Assembly: GCF_001194135.2 (NCBI RefSeq)
Contig: NC_068994.1
Span: forward strand, 46,398,361-46,436,587
DNA length: 38,227 nt
Origin: Octopus bimaculoides
Taxonomy: Eukaryota
Reading direction: 5' to 3'
Positions within the stretch are counted from its first letter, which is position 1. Each line of letters opens with the position of its first letter. The notes below the pieces were generated by a model that did not search any database, was not told where the DNA came from, and was given only the letters and a program-made list of their open reading frames with translations. Made by a program: the position numbers and the translations under genes. This document shows, piece after piece, positions 1-12,383 of the stretch.

Positions 1-190
1 TTTAAGAGTATTCCGAAAGGCCGAGTCGGAGGCCCAACCTTCCGAGTTCTTTTACAGGGATTAGAAAAACTGAAGGACCACTGCAATAAGTATGTGAATC
101 TGAGAGGGGAATATGTTGAATAAAATCATAATTAACTGATTCTCCTGTATTTTCTTTTACCCGAAGTCAGGAGCTTTTCAGCACCATTTG
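1..190 (+). mobile_element. Non-autonomous mariner (Tc1/mariner) MITE, left end outside window
   Basis: Encodes a mariner transposase C-terminus (LQGLEKLKDHCNKYVNLRGEYVE*, TAA at 121-123) followed by a TIR-like end (gaagtcaggagcttttcagcacc). Reverse-complement match to the complete copy at 9590-9791. Confidence 0.8.
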
Positions 191-197
191 CGTGTAC

Positions 198-207
<10 letters not shown>

Positions 208-247
<40 letters not shown>
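208..247. repeat. (TA)n microsatellite
   Basis: Pure TA dinucleotide run; source of the IYIYIY ORF artefact. Confidence 0.95.
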
Positions 248-253
<6 letters not shown>

Positions 254-1327
254 GTCTGTGTGCAATATATGAATTTATAGAATTGTCTGATTGTCTGGCA
301 ATCACAAAAAGCTCCTCGGGCAGATTCGGCAAGCAGACCACATAGTAATCCTATACAGGGGAGCTAGAAGCTTTCTTTTTTACTCATCAATATATATAAC
401 AAAGTTGTTTATTAAACCCTGGGGCTGCTCCTGACTGAACAAACTTATTCCACACACAACCACTCCAATTATTGTTTGAGGCCTAAGTCAGACATGAACG
501 AGCAAACCTATAATCAAAGACATTCCACATCCGAGCCATGACCATCCCATCATTTCTGTATACTCTATGATGATTTTGGTCAAACATGACCTGCTCTCCC
601 TTTTGAGAAGGAAGCACAGGCATAACAGAATGGTGGGTTCAGTCCCACTGTGTGGCACCTTAGGCAAGTGTCTTCTACCATTGTCCCAGGTTATAGAAGA
701 CAGAAGCTTAAAGACATCCACCATATATATGTGTGTGTGTGTGTCACTGCCAGACGTTCTACTGCGAAAAATTATTTGGAAACAGGCAAGAGTTGGCAAC
801 AGGAAGAGCATCTGAAGGATGTTAAATGATGACGATGATGTAATTCGAAAGAATTCAACTGTTGTTTCTAGCAAACCAGCGGACTCCTAAGCTGCTCCAA
901 TACTGGAGTGTTATTAACACCACAGCTAAATGAGGTCACCTGTTTAGAACAAAGGCCTTAAATGAGGTCAGCTGTTCAGAACACCAGAGCACTTCTCTCA
1001 GAAAGACAAGGAGAACCTTCAACTCCACCCTTCCATATCTGGGATCCACTCCAATTTACAGTCTAGGGTAATAAATTTTTAGACACTGAGAAGAAAAAAC
1101 AAGAACAAACAGATTTCACAAACAGAAAAGATATCCAGACATTTATGGCAGCCACTTAATAATAATAATAATGATTTTGCACTTCCACGGTGCCTCTGGA
1201 AACCTGACACTCTCTTGGGCCACCCAAATTACTCTCCTCATCATACTTAAGGAGAGCAGTCACCATAGTGTTGTCAGAGGTGAACCTGGTGTAGAAAAAG
1301 GTCTGTACCTCCTCCTCATATCACACT

Positions 1328-2045
1328 ATCATCATCATCATCGTTTAACGTCCACTTTCCATGCTGGCATGGGTTGGACAGTTTCACTGAGGACTGGCGA
1401 GCCAGATGGCTGCACCAGGCTCCACTCTGATCTGGCAGAGTTTCTACAGCTGGATGCCCTTCCTAACGCCAATCACTCAGAGAGTGTAGTGGGTGCTTTT
1501 ACGTGCCACCGGCTCAAGGGCTAGTCAGGCGGTAGTGGTGACAACCATGCTCAAAATGGTGTTTTTTACATGCCACCTGCACAGGAGCCAGTCCAGCGGC
1601 ACAGGCAATGACCTTATTTAACATCCGTTGTTCATGCTGGCATGGATTCGGCGATTTGACCAGAGCTGCACAAGGCACCAGTCTGATTTGGCATGGTTTT
1701 TATGGCAGGATGCCCTTCCTAATAATACAAACCACTTTACAAAGTGTGCTGGTTGCTTTTAAGCAAAACCACCACAGGACACTTCACCAGGGAGAGTGGC
1801 CTTAACACTTTTATTGCGGAGTGCAGGTTTTCTTGAGCACTACTGCCTTGAAAAGAGAAGGACACGGATAACGGTATCATCATCATCAACATTTAACATC
1901 CTTTTCCATGCAGGGCAGGGGTCGGACAGCTTGACAGGAATTGGCAAGGCCAGGGGCCACACTAGGTTCCCATAGTCTGTTTTAGGTTGGTTTCTACAGC
2001 CGGATGCCTTTCCTAACACCAACCACTTAACAGAGTATCATAGGT
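1328..2045 (-). mobile_element. Cluster of three SINE copies with (GAT)n tail and RTE-like 3' end (family C)
   Basis: Copies at ~1328-1612, ~1617-1760 and ~1876-2045 each start with catcatc..tttaac(g/a)tcc and share tttcta..gctggatgcccttccta motifs with 20345-20596 (+) and 21714-22035 (-). Confidence 0.8.
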
Positions 2046-2304
2046 GAATATAAAATGGAAATAACCAGAACTGAAATGTCTTTGATCTAAACAGGGGTCA
2101 GGCGGAATTTGTTGAGGCAGACCTTCTATAAGTCTGTCGCCAACCCTCACCTATTTATGGGCAAGGGAGTATTTCCACGGGAAGCAAACTTCTTATTATG
2201 CAGTGATGCCAGCATCTTGAATGTGTACACTGAATTTGTTCATTCAAAGAAATGAAGGAAAATAAAATATAATAAAATAAAGGGAGCTAATCCATGTAAC
2301 TTAC

Positions 2305-2382
2305 CTGAAGAAGACAACCGATAGGGAGTTGGGGTAAGACCAGTTTCAGTTGAAACAGGATCCCTTGCCAACAACAGGCGGT
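2305..2382 (-). CDS. Candidate 78-nt internal exon, phase 1-1: (D)RLLLARDPVSTETGLTPTPYRLSSS
   Basis: Acceptor cctcttcaatatcttttcag| and donor CAG|GTAAGT. Length is a multiple of 3, the phase-1 frame is open, and it joins in frame to exon 24199-24143. Not repeat-derived. Protein not recognised. Confidence 0.65.
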
Positions 2383-2424
2383 CTGAAAAGATATTGAAGA
2401 GGTTTTGATCATTATAAATTCATT

Positions 2425-2697
2425 AATAATAATAATAATGATAATAATAATAAATAATAATAATAATCCTTTCTACTATAGGTACAAGGTCTGAATTTTT
2501 GGGTAGGGGATGGTGGTGGTGGTGGGGTTACGTCAATTATATCAACCCTAGTACTACACTGGTACTTAATTTATTGACCCTGAAAGGATGATACGCAAAG
2601 CTGACCTCGGTGGAATTTGAACTCAGAATGTAGCAATGGGTGAAATACCACTAAGCATTTTGCTCAGCATGCTAATGATAACGCCAGCTCGCCGCCT

Positions 2698-2731
<34 letters not shown>

Positions 2732-2781
2732 GTTTNNNNNNNNNNGCTCAGCATGCTAATGCTAACGCCAGCTCGCCGCCT

Positions 2782-2818
<37 letters not shown>

Positions 2819-3034
2819 GTTTCAAATTTTGCCACAAGGGCAGCAACTTTGGGAAAGGGTTTAAGTAGATTTCATCGACCCAAGTGTACATCTGGTACTT
2901 ATCAACCCTGAAAGGATGAAAAGCAAAGTTGACCTCAGTGGAATTTGAACTCAGAATGTAGTAGCAGATGAAATACCACTAAGCATTTTGCCCAGCATGC
3001 TAACGATTCTGCCAGCACACCACCTTATAAAAAC

Positions 3035-3071
<37 letters not shown>

Positions 3072-3283
3072 TTAATAATTCTTTCTGCTATAAACACAAG
3101 GCCTGAAATTTTGGAAAACGGGGTATAGTTGATTTCATCAACAGGTACTTATTTTCCTGACCCTGAAGGAACAAAAAGCAAAGTAAACCATGGTAGGATT
3201 TGAACTCAAAAACGTACAAATGGACAAAATGCTACTAATCCTTTCGTCTGGAGTGCTAACAATTCTGTTAGCTCGTTACCTTA
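2425..3283 (-). mobile_element. Three head-to-tail tRNA-derived SINEs (family B) separated by (AAT)n
   Basis: Copies at ~2466-2698, ~2818-3027 and ~3077-3283 share gaccc(c/t)gaaaggatgaaa-gcaaag--gacctc-g-ggaatttgaactcagaa. On the minus strand the head is GGCGGCGAGCTGGC with a B-box GTTCAAATTCC; (ATT)n tails. Confidence 0.85.
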
Positions 3284-4130
3284 ATGATGACAATAATCAT
3301 AATCATAAATGAGAATATTAATGAGTGGCGATGAGTGGGAATGATATTGTTAATTGTAATGATTTCTAGCCTTGACGTAAACCACAAATTTGTATCAGGA
3401 CTGGAACGGTGAGAGAGAAAGAACAACAATGTCACTAACTGAAATAATTCCCTGCCTCTCTCCAGCCTCTTACATTATTGATACCAATTCTACTCATTCC
3501 AGAACAATGGGGGAAAACCTAAGTTGGCTCTGGTGGAATTTGAGCTTGGTTGATTTAGCATGGCTGGGCACTAACTTCTTGACGAAGTACATGGTTATTA
3601 CATATAGAATTAAACAATATAAACAATACACATATGCCGGGGCACATGCATACGTATACTAAAAAGAATTTGATCGTAACAATTTGGTACATCATGTATA
3701 GCAATCTCTTTGTCTGTCCCTCTTTCTCTCTCTCTCTCTCTCTCTCTCACAGACAATAAAAGCAATAATGATTATCAACAGTCAGGAAAATAAAGAATTT
3801 GAGTGGATGTTTATACACAAGGAGATGGGTAGAGCCGCACACTCAAAACTGGCCCCCACAAGGATGAAAGGCCAGTCAGACACCCCAGTGGAATGTGAAC
3901 TCACTAACTCTGGCCCCTCCAGACACACACACACACACACGACGATTATGATTTATTTTGACTGCAACTGAAGGCCAATTTTTTTAAAGAGAGAGAGAGA
4001 GAGAGAGAGAGGAAACAAACTGACCACAGCGTATTACTGGTACTTCATTTACTGACAGACCTAGGCATACCCTCAAAATCGATTCCAACTCAGAACCGAA
4101 CAAGACAAAAGCAAATAATGTGTGTGTGTA

Positions 4131-4169
<39 letters not shown>

Positions 4170-5587
4170 ATATATATATATATGTTCCTTTAGCCAGGCA
4201 TATTTCTGTCTCAGCCATCTTCGCCCCACCACTGCTGCCATCCTATATCCACATCAGTATATGCTTACACCCTACCACCACTGCACCAGTTACATGTTTA
4301 CCACCACTACCACCGCCAACACCAACACCACCACCACCACAACATGCTTCAAACCACCGCCTCCACTGTTCAGTTACTGTAATAGATAAATAGGAGCATC
4401 TTGGCACCAGTCCAGCTGGCTGACTCTCATCACACACACACACACAGACATACTTCTTTCCATTTAGTGTTGAGTTTGAGAGGGAGGGGAGAGGAGAGGC
4501 AGTGGAGGAAAAGGATTTGCTTGGTGCATAGTAGAGGAATATATAGACCAACTGTATACACACACACACACATTCTAAATGGATAGCAACTGAGACAAAC
4601 AAAACCCCTTTCTTTGTATATTTATATATTATAACCAGTGTGAGTATGTGTCTGTATGCATGTGTTCTTATACCGACACCATACATACACACACACATGT
4701 ATATATGCGTGTGTGTGTGTGTGTGTACATTATTCACATATATATGCGTGTGTCATATATATATATACATACATTTTGCAATCCCTGTAGCTTGTGTGTA
4801 CGTACGAAGAGATTTACAGTTTACAAGTTACAAATGAGATAAAAAGTACTCAATACATGTGTTAGAGTAGACGCATCATTCAGTTGAAATTTCTTTTGAG
4901 TTTCCCATCCTTGATAAATGTGGGGATTTTTTTTGTCCCCCACCCTCCACTTTTTCATTCAGGCTGCGACCATGCAGCAGCACCGCATTCTAGAGAACAG
5001 TTGTTTACAATGAAACTATTGCTCACACAACTCATTTATTTTATTGACCCTCGAATGCAAAAAAAAAAAAAAACTCAGATGGGATTCCATTCCGGAATGC
5101 AAAGGGACATCATGAAATACCACAGAGAATTCTGTCTGCCATGCCACCAATTATATGAATAGCCTCTCCCACTCTCTTGTTTTCTTGTAAGAATGCAAAT
5201 GACTCCATTGCACAGTAGTAAAATTTCAATACAAAAATTTTACTACATACAACAAAATTCTTGTATCGGAATTTTGTCTCTGGAGTAAACCCAGATTATT
5301 TCCCCATAACTAAAAGTTTCATGCAGTTAACATTAGCTGACAATACTTGCTACCAAGCCTGAGATAATCTATCGCAGTCACAGTGACAAAGTGTGTTGTA
5401 CCATAAACTGGTACCAACTGTACAAAACCTCTCGGTACATGGAAATAATGCCTTCAGCCAATATGCAAATATGTTTTAATTTATCATTTCCTTGTACTTG
5501 TTTTCAATCCAATGATCATGAACATGCAGGGGCAGTGTCTTGAAAGGCTTCACCAAACAAATCGCCTCAAATTCTTATTTCTAGTAA

Positions 5588-5805
5588 AGGCCCATGGCCC
5601 AGTGGTTAGAGCGCCTGGCTCACAATCATGACATAGTGAGTTGGACTCCCAACCCGGGCTGTGTGTTGTGTTCTTGAGCAAGACACTTTATTTCACGTTG
5701 CTCCAGTTCCCTCAGCAGTAGAAACGAGTTGTGACGTCACTGGTGCCAAGCCGTATCGGCTTGGCACCAGTGGGTGACTGCTGGTCTTCTTATCTCTACT
5801 AGTCT
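5588..5805 (+). mobile_element. tRNA-derived SINE family D, internally deleted
   Basis: A-box TGGCCCAGTGG, then gtgttcttgagcaagacactttatttcac..gctccag, shared with 6870-7213. Confidence 0.8.
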
Positions 5806-6304
5806 CTTTGCTGAACCACTAAGTTATGGAGGACATAAGCAAAACCAACACTGGTTGTCAAGTGTTCGACAGGCAGGACAAACACAAAACAGAACACACA
5901 TACACACATATATGATGAGAGCACTTTCACAGATTTCATCTACCAGATTCATTCATAAAGCACTGGCCAGCCTTTATATAAATACTCTGATTACAGCAAG
6001 AACACCGCAGTTCCACAAGAACACTGCAGTGTTTATACACATTGTGTATATATATATATATATATATATATGCATGCCAGCTTCATCCATTGATGGTGGC
6101 CATACCAACAATGGTTGAGCATCATTGGTCTAGACCTTCTCCAATGTAAATTTCAAGTGGTTTTTATTATGACTCCTGCTGTAACTTCAGCCTGAATTTC
6201 ATCTAAATTGTTCACGCAGTAAAGAGGTGCATCTTCACAAACAAAATCTCAGGTTTCTCACACTATTATCCGATGAATTCAGTGTGTTAGGATCCTCCTT
6301 CCAC

Positions 6305-6464
6305 AGGCGCAGGTGTGACCATGTGGCAAGAAGCTTGCTTCCCAACCACATGGTTCTGGGTTCAGTCCCACAGTGTGCCATCTTGGGTAAGTGGCTTCTA
6401 CTATAGCCTCAGGCCAACCAAATCCTTGTGAGTGGATTTGGTAGAAGGAAACTGAAAGAAACCT

Positions 6465-6505
<41 letters not shown>

Positions 6506-6734
6506 CTACTAAATAATATTGTGTATGCTCGTATGTTTGGCCTCCACCACTGCATCACAACTGGCATTGGTGTGTTTATGGTTCTGTAATTTAGCAGTTC
6601 AAAAGAAAAAGAGTCCAACAGAATAAGTAACAGGATTAAAAATAAGTCCTGGGGTCAGTTTGTTTAGCTAAAAGACCCCTACACGATGGTGCCCCAGCAT
6701 GGCCACAGTCAAATGACTGAAACAAATGAAAGAG
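6305..6734 (+). mobile_element. tRNA-derived SINE family A, full length with internal (GT)n
   Basis: aggcgcagg..gggttcagtccc..gggtaagtg-cttctactatagcctc..ggaaactgaaagaa..(GT)n..cagcatggccacagtcaaatgactgaaacaa; near-identical layout at 12384, 27744, 35487 and 37864. Confidence 0.9.
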
Positions 6735-6816
6735 TTTTTTTTTTACATGCTAATTTTGAAAATTACTATTTTTACAGAAATTTATAATTAAATTTATAAT
6801 TCAGGAAAGCTTTTAA

Positions 6817-7335
6817 AACCCTATAGCGTTCAGGTTATTCTATCAAATGTAATGCTTATTTATTCACCTTGTGCATGGCTGAATGGTGCACAATCCAGAG
6901 GTAGTGAGTTCGATTCCTGAACCAGGCTGCGTGTCGTGTGTTCTTGAGCAAGACACTTTATTTCACACTGCTCCAGCTCACTCAGCTGTAGAAATGAGTT
7001 GTGACGTCCTCACTGGCGCCAAGCTGTATCCGCCTTTCTCTTTCCCTTGGATAACATCGGTGGCATGAAAAGTGGGTGGTGGGTGGTGGGCGGGTGGCTG
7101 GTATGCATGGGCGACTGTGGGTCTTCCACAAACAAACCTTGCCTGGACTTGTGCCTCAGTGGGTAACTTTCCAGGGGCAATCCCATGGTCATTCATGACC
7201 GAAGGGGGTCTTTACTTTGAATTTAATCACGCATTAATTATTAATTAGCATGTTGCTTCGAGATTTCAATTATGTGATTGGATACTTTTTGAGAAAAACA
7301 TTGTAGGACATGTGTGAGAGGCCAGATCTGGCTCA
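6817..7335 (+). mobile_element. Interspersed repeat (family P, probably a DNA-transposon MITE) split by a SINE
   Basis: 6817-6870 plus 7217-7335 together match the uninterrupted copy at ~35008-35190 (aaatgtaatgcttatttattcac..gaattaatca..gtgagaggccaga-ctggc). Confidence 0.6.
6870..7213 (+). mobile_element. tRNA-derived SINE family D, full length
   Basis: A-box-like tggctgaatgg, B-box GAGTTCGATTCC, gtgttcttgagcaagacacttta core, 3' end catgaccgaagggggtctttac. Confidence 0.85.
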
Positions 7336-7509
7336 CAAACTGGAGGAGGACTGACCTAGGGCTAAACAACAAAATTATCTGCACCACCACCACTACTATT
7401 ATTACTACTACTATGTGATGATGCTGATAGCCTTGCATGTACCACCACCGCAACAAAATCTCCAATACACCACAACCGCTACCGCCCCTACATCACCTCA
7501 GCTACCAGA

Positions 7510-7559
7510 CAGTAGTAGTAGTAGTAGTAGAAGTGGTAGTAGTAGTAATAGTAGTAGAA

Positions 7560-7612
<53 letters not shown>
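7510..7612. repeat. (GTA)n trinucleotide microsatellite
   Basis: Long gtagtagta run; source of the poly-V and poly-S ORFs. Confidence 0.95.
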
Positions 7613-7613
<1 letters not shown>

Positions 7614-7836
7614 CAGACACTTTTTGTTGTTAAGTCCCAGGGCTGGCCGCCATCCAGTAGTTACTTAAGAGACATTTCTTTGCTATTTCTAGCAAAGTCG
7701 GTCGAACACACTTCCCAGTAAGACTGCGATCTGTAGGAACTTTGGTTGCTATTTCTAATTATATTATAGATCTTATAAGGCCCGCTAACTACACAATAAC
7801 GGAGATCTTTTGCTATGGAAACACATGGCAGTTCCA

Positions 7837-7883
7837 ACTTCCGGCGTGACGAGATTGGCTGCTTGGCTGTGTGATCTGATTGG
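7837..7883. promoter_or_regulatory. Promoter/enhancer-like motif cluster (ETS + CRE half-site + two CCAAT boxes)
   Basis: ACTTCCGG (7837-7844) abuts CGTGACG; ATTGG at 7854-7858 and 7879-7883 (minus strand GCCAATC, CCAATCAG). Motif match only. Confidence 0.35.
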
Positions 7884-8044
7884 TTGAAATTCCAAAGGGA
7901 TGAGAAAGAGAGTGAGAGAGCTGAGTAACTTTTTAATTATTAATTTCTCAGAAAAGAAAAAGAAAAGAAAAAGTTTGGATTTATCGCAATTAACATGAAA
8001 GACTTCGTCCGACTACATAATCGCTAAAGAAAAGGTATTATTAT

Positions 8045-8620
8045 TATTCCAAATCGAAAAGATCAGCCAGCAATTTTGAGGACGGAATGGATTGATTGAT
8101 TGATTGATTGATTGATTAGTTGATTATTTACATTGAACCCTCAGTATTTGACTGGTATTTTTAACAATCCCGGAAGGACGAAAGGCAAAGTGTGTGTGTG
8201 TGTGTGTACATCGGTGGAATTTGAACTCAGAACATAAAAGAGCCCAGAACAAGTGAATATTACAAGATATTTTTTCTCCGACGCTCTTAACGATTCTGCC
8301 AGCTCAAGCAAACCACCACGTCTAACCCACGACCCCCACCCCACTTTTGAAGGAAGTGGAACAGTAGGATTATATCAAACTCTAGTACACACACACACAC
8401 ACACATTTGACTGGCATTTAGTTATTTTCGAAGAACTCAGGAAATATGAAAGACAAGAAACAGAATTCGACGGATAGAGAAGGAATTAAATTAAAATTCA
8501 CTCCCCACCCTAACCCCCCTCATCCCAAGTACATTACTGGTACGTTCAACAACAATTGCCGATCCCCGGAAGATGAAAGGACGAAAGCCGGCGGGGGGTG
8601 AGGAGCGAACGTAACCACAC
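8045..8620 (-). mobile_element. Family B SINE copies, one fairly complete and two degenerate
   Basis: ggaaggacgaaaggcaaag..cggtggaatttgaactcagaac..ctaacgattctgccagctc at ~8045-8305; decayed copies at ~8330-8470 and ~8530-8620. Confidence 0.7.
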
Positions 8621-9544
8621 CAAACCGCAAGCAACTTTAAAAAATATGGAGTCAACAAGGGAGCGCCTATGAGGTCGCTCAACATGCTAGAAATAACAAC
8701 CAAATCTCCCTACTACCGCCATGACAAAATTTTTTTTTTTGTTACAAAATGTGATGGGTATTGTTGGAATGTCTCCTAAAATAAAAAAAGGTCAGCACGA
8801 CCAGGGTTGACCTAGGGCTAAAAACGAAACATTTACCACATTCTACCCTAACCCTTCGCTTCCACCGCACTCAAAGTCTCTCTTACCCCTCTCCAAAGAA
8901 GGCACACACACCTCTCTATATACCTACATCAACACCGCGGCAACAGCTCTACACCGCCGCCGCCACCACTTTTTGCTTCTCAAACTATCCCAACTATCAG
9001 CATCATCATCATCACAATATTAACACAAAAAAGCTCCCACTACTAGCACCGCCACTAATAAATACGCTACTCTCAACACCAAACTATCCCTAGCTAACCA
9101 ACCAACCAGCCAGCCAGCCAGCCGACTAACCAGCCAACCAGCTCACCCGCCCGCCAACCGCCCACCCATCCATCAACCCACCACCTCTACCAGCACCAGC
9201 AACAACAGCAGCCAAGAGCTTCCAGAGAGCCAATGTGGCACCAATAGCTATCACAGAAACTAGACTGCCAGGAGCCTGTGGCACTAGGGGAGGGAGAGAG
9301 AAAGGAAAAGAGAGCTAAAGAGAGCGAGTGGGGTTCCTCTCACCACACACAAACAACATTTAGACAGACCTTTCGCATATACATACACGCACACCTTACA
9401 CAAAAATAAATACAGTTGTGTGTGTACATATATATATATGTGAACGTGTGTGCGCGTTCGTGTGTATATATATTCTTTACATTACGTATATAATACCCTA
9501 CACACACTATATACATTTCACGGAACTGGTTATGGCACTCTTCT

Positions 9545-9583
<39 letters not shown>

Positions 9584-9589
9584 TAGATA

Positions 9590-9791
9590 TGAGGGGCGCT
9601 GAAAAGTTCCTGGCTTTGGGTAAAAGAAAATACAAGAGGATCAGTTAGTTAATTATGATTTTATTCAACATATTCCGTTCTCAGATTCACACACTTTGTG
9701 CAGCGGCCCTTCAGTTTTTCTAAGCCCCGTCAAAAGAATTCGGAAGGTTCGCGACACCCTTAAGACTAGGAACTTTTCAGCACCCGCTAGG
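9590..9791 (-). mobile_element. Complete ~200-bp mariner MITE with TIRs and TA flanks
   Basis: TIRs gaggggcgctgaaaagttcctggcttt / aagactaggaacttttcagcacccgc, TA at 9588-9589 and 9792-9793; interior is the reverse complement of the transposase C-terminal fragment at 1-123. Confidence 0.85.
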
Positions 9792-11045
9792 TATACACAC
9801 ACAGGATGAGGGAGATGAAAAAGTTTTAGAGGAACCAACACACGTTTGTATATAAATACGACCACATACACACACACATAACTAACCATGTACACAATAA
9901 ACAACTTCCACACACATGCACGGAAACAGAGATACCCTTAACGTGGTCGACTGATATACTAGAAACAGCAGTCAAATCTCCAAACAAATCACACCCAATA
10001 TGGATAATGCATTCTGGAGCTGAAATACACCAAAAAGCAGGGTGGTTACTACAGGAATGCATTTTAGCTATAGATCTGCTCAATCGAGGTTCGACCTAGG
10101 ACCAAACTACAGCATAGACGCACAAAGAGGAAGCTTCTACGTGGTCGCACGACCTGCTAAAAATAGCTAAATAGCCATCAAGCCACGCGCCTTGCCGTCA
10201 AAGAAATAGGGACAAGAATATATAGGATAATGTTTGTCCCGATGTATCCTTCGAGAAGGCAAGAAGGTAACGGAAGAAAATGTCTTAGGGTATATACGTA
10301 GGTCTGTTCAATCTGGGTCCAACCGGGGTCGACACTCTAATGAAACCCGACCAACTTAAATGACCAACAATACTGATCCAAAGGCCCCCCCCAACAATAC
10401 AAAAAGGCAAGGCGGTCGCTGCTGGAACGCCTTCGATCGGAGGCCTGCTCGATCAAAGCTGCATTGCCACTAAACAACTTTACAATTGTTTCATACCATA
10501 CATACACTGTGTTTGTGTGCTTGCAGCCCGGGTTCGATTCCTGACATCGGAACGTTTGCTTTTGAAAGCCGTGTCGTAGCATGGCTGCAACCCAACGGCA
10601 TATATATATATATATATANNNNNNNNNNNNNNNNNNNNNNNNNNNNNNNNNNNNNNNNNNNNNNNNNNNNNNNNNNNNNNNNNNNNNNGGGGGGGGGGAG
10701 AAGAAGCACACAGCGGCACTCGGACTGCTGGTTGCCCTTCACAACGTGTAAGGCACGCGTAATGTCATGATTATATAATTTGTAACACAATCTTTCGGTC
10801 CGACTCAAGTTAATTTGGACAATTTCGTCTCTCCCAACCTCCCTCTCGCTCTCAATTTACTCCACGCTTTTGTCTAATCAAATTCCTATAATTTGCTTAG
10901 TGGCGTAATAATATACGCTGTACTCTGCATTACATTAGGATGTTTGTTAAATTAGTCTACGAGTGGTGTGGCCCAATTTATGAAACAAAAACCCTCCTAG
11001 TATCACACACACACACGTTATTAGTCTTCTGTAATGAAGGCCACA

Positions 11046-11143
11046 TCAGATAACACGGGTGCGTGGCGCCCCTTCGAAGATTGGATTCATTTGGTCGTGG
11101 ATGGAAGTGAAGTGGTCTTCTCGTTCGAGACTCTGTCCCAAGG
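11046..11143 (-). CDS. Candidate alternative terminal coding exon, phase 1: (A)LGQSLEREDHFTSIHDQMNPIFEGAPRTRVI*
   Basis: Very strong acceptor tttttctttttcttttttgttctttctttttcttag|. In frame with the phase-1 donor of exon 24199-24143, ending at TGA (11048-11046). Unique, balanced-composition sequence. No poly(A) signal confirmed. Confidence 0.55.
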
Positions 11144-11447
11144 CTAAGAAAAAGAAAGAACAAAAAAGAAAAAGAAAAACCGACACAACATTAAAGTAAA
11201 CATCTAGCACACATGCATTCATTACACACAATGCAGTGAGAAACAAAAAGGGAGACCCCTACACACACACACAGAAGAATAAAGCCTAAGTTGCATTACG
11301 TAGGAAGGGTGGTTCTCACACACACACACACGCACACTATAGGCCGTTGTTGGATATCGTAAGCTAAACGAAAGAAGGTATACAGAGCAGAACGAGGTAT
11401 AGAGGTAGAGCGGTAGAGAGAGATAGAGAGAAAGAAAAGAAAGATAT

Positions 11448-11482
<35 letters not shown>

Positions 11483-12124
11483 AGAAAGATAGACAGACTG
11501 ACAGAGTAAGAGAAGAAAGATAAAGAGGGAGTAGGAAATGAAAACCCAGCAAGAGAAAGAGAGAGAGCATAAAAATAGGATAGAAGAATGACTGGGAAAA
11601 AGTATCCAGTGCAAATAGATAGCTAAACACACACACACACACAATTTATACACTACAGGGTAAAAAGAAAAAGAAGAGGATTGGCATACAAGGGAGAACT
11701 ATCCACACACGTATATATAAACACACACACACACACACGCACACACACCGCACGGATGCAATGTACACAAAGCACAGAAATGTTTGTTTGGTGGAGACTT
11801 CTTATTCTTCTTCTCTCTTTCTCTCCACACCTATTGTCTCATATAATAAAAAAGCAAGACAGCATTTAATATTATATAGAAATGTCTTAAATGCTGTCTT
11901 AACTCCCGGAACACACCTGATACATCATCGTACGGTGGTGGCAGGAAAGACAAAGGGGGGAGGGAAGAGGAGGGAAAGCGGCAGGTAATTGTAGTTAAGC
12001 AAAGAGAGGGAGAAAGACAGAGAGAAACAAGACAAAAGTAGAGTTTCACACACACACACACACACACACATACACGGTTTCCAATCGGTGCGTCGCGAAA
12101 ATAATCCTTTCTTACTATATAAGG

Positions 12125-12290
12125 CACAATAGCCCCGGTATTTATTTTCATCGACTCCGAAATGGGGATTGAATAGCGAAGTCGACACACCTCGGCGGTA
12201 TTTGAACCCAGAACGTAAAGACGGACAAAATAACTGCTAAGCATTTTGTCCGGCCTGCTAACGATCCTTGCCAGCCCGCCGCCGCCTCGA
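12125..12290 (-). mobile_element. Family B SINE
   Basis: gcgaagtcgac..ctcggcggtatttgaacccagaacgtaaagacggac..ctaagcattttgtccgg..gccgcc. Confidence 0.8.
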
Positions 12291-12383
12291 ATGTGACGAA
12301 AAATTTACTTCGACTGAAAGTCTGAGTAAATAACTTATGTAGGTTAAAAAATTCAAGATTTTTGTTGAGAAAAAGTTCACTAT

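Noticed and set aside
2151-2229. Further minus-strand exon (VYTFKMLASLHNKKFASRGNTPLPINR*) 75 nt after exon 2382-2305
   Set aside because: The frame is open, but the acceptor is weak (aacaaattcag) and its 3' part and donor lie in a family C-variant SINE (2095-2185, homologous to 28270-28410).
2662-2820. Apparent tandem duplication of a SINE head plus (AAT)n
   Set aside because: The two copies flank a 10-N gap (2736-2745) and differ by one base; most likely a scaffolding overlap artefact.
5160-5480. Degenerate L1/Tx1 ORF2 fragment
   Set aside because: Only faint motif resemblance (YREVLYSW, SLWYN) in different frames with multiple stops; cannot be supported without a search.
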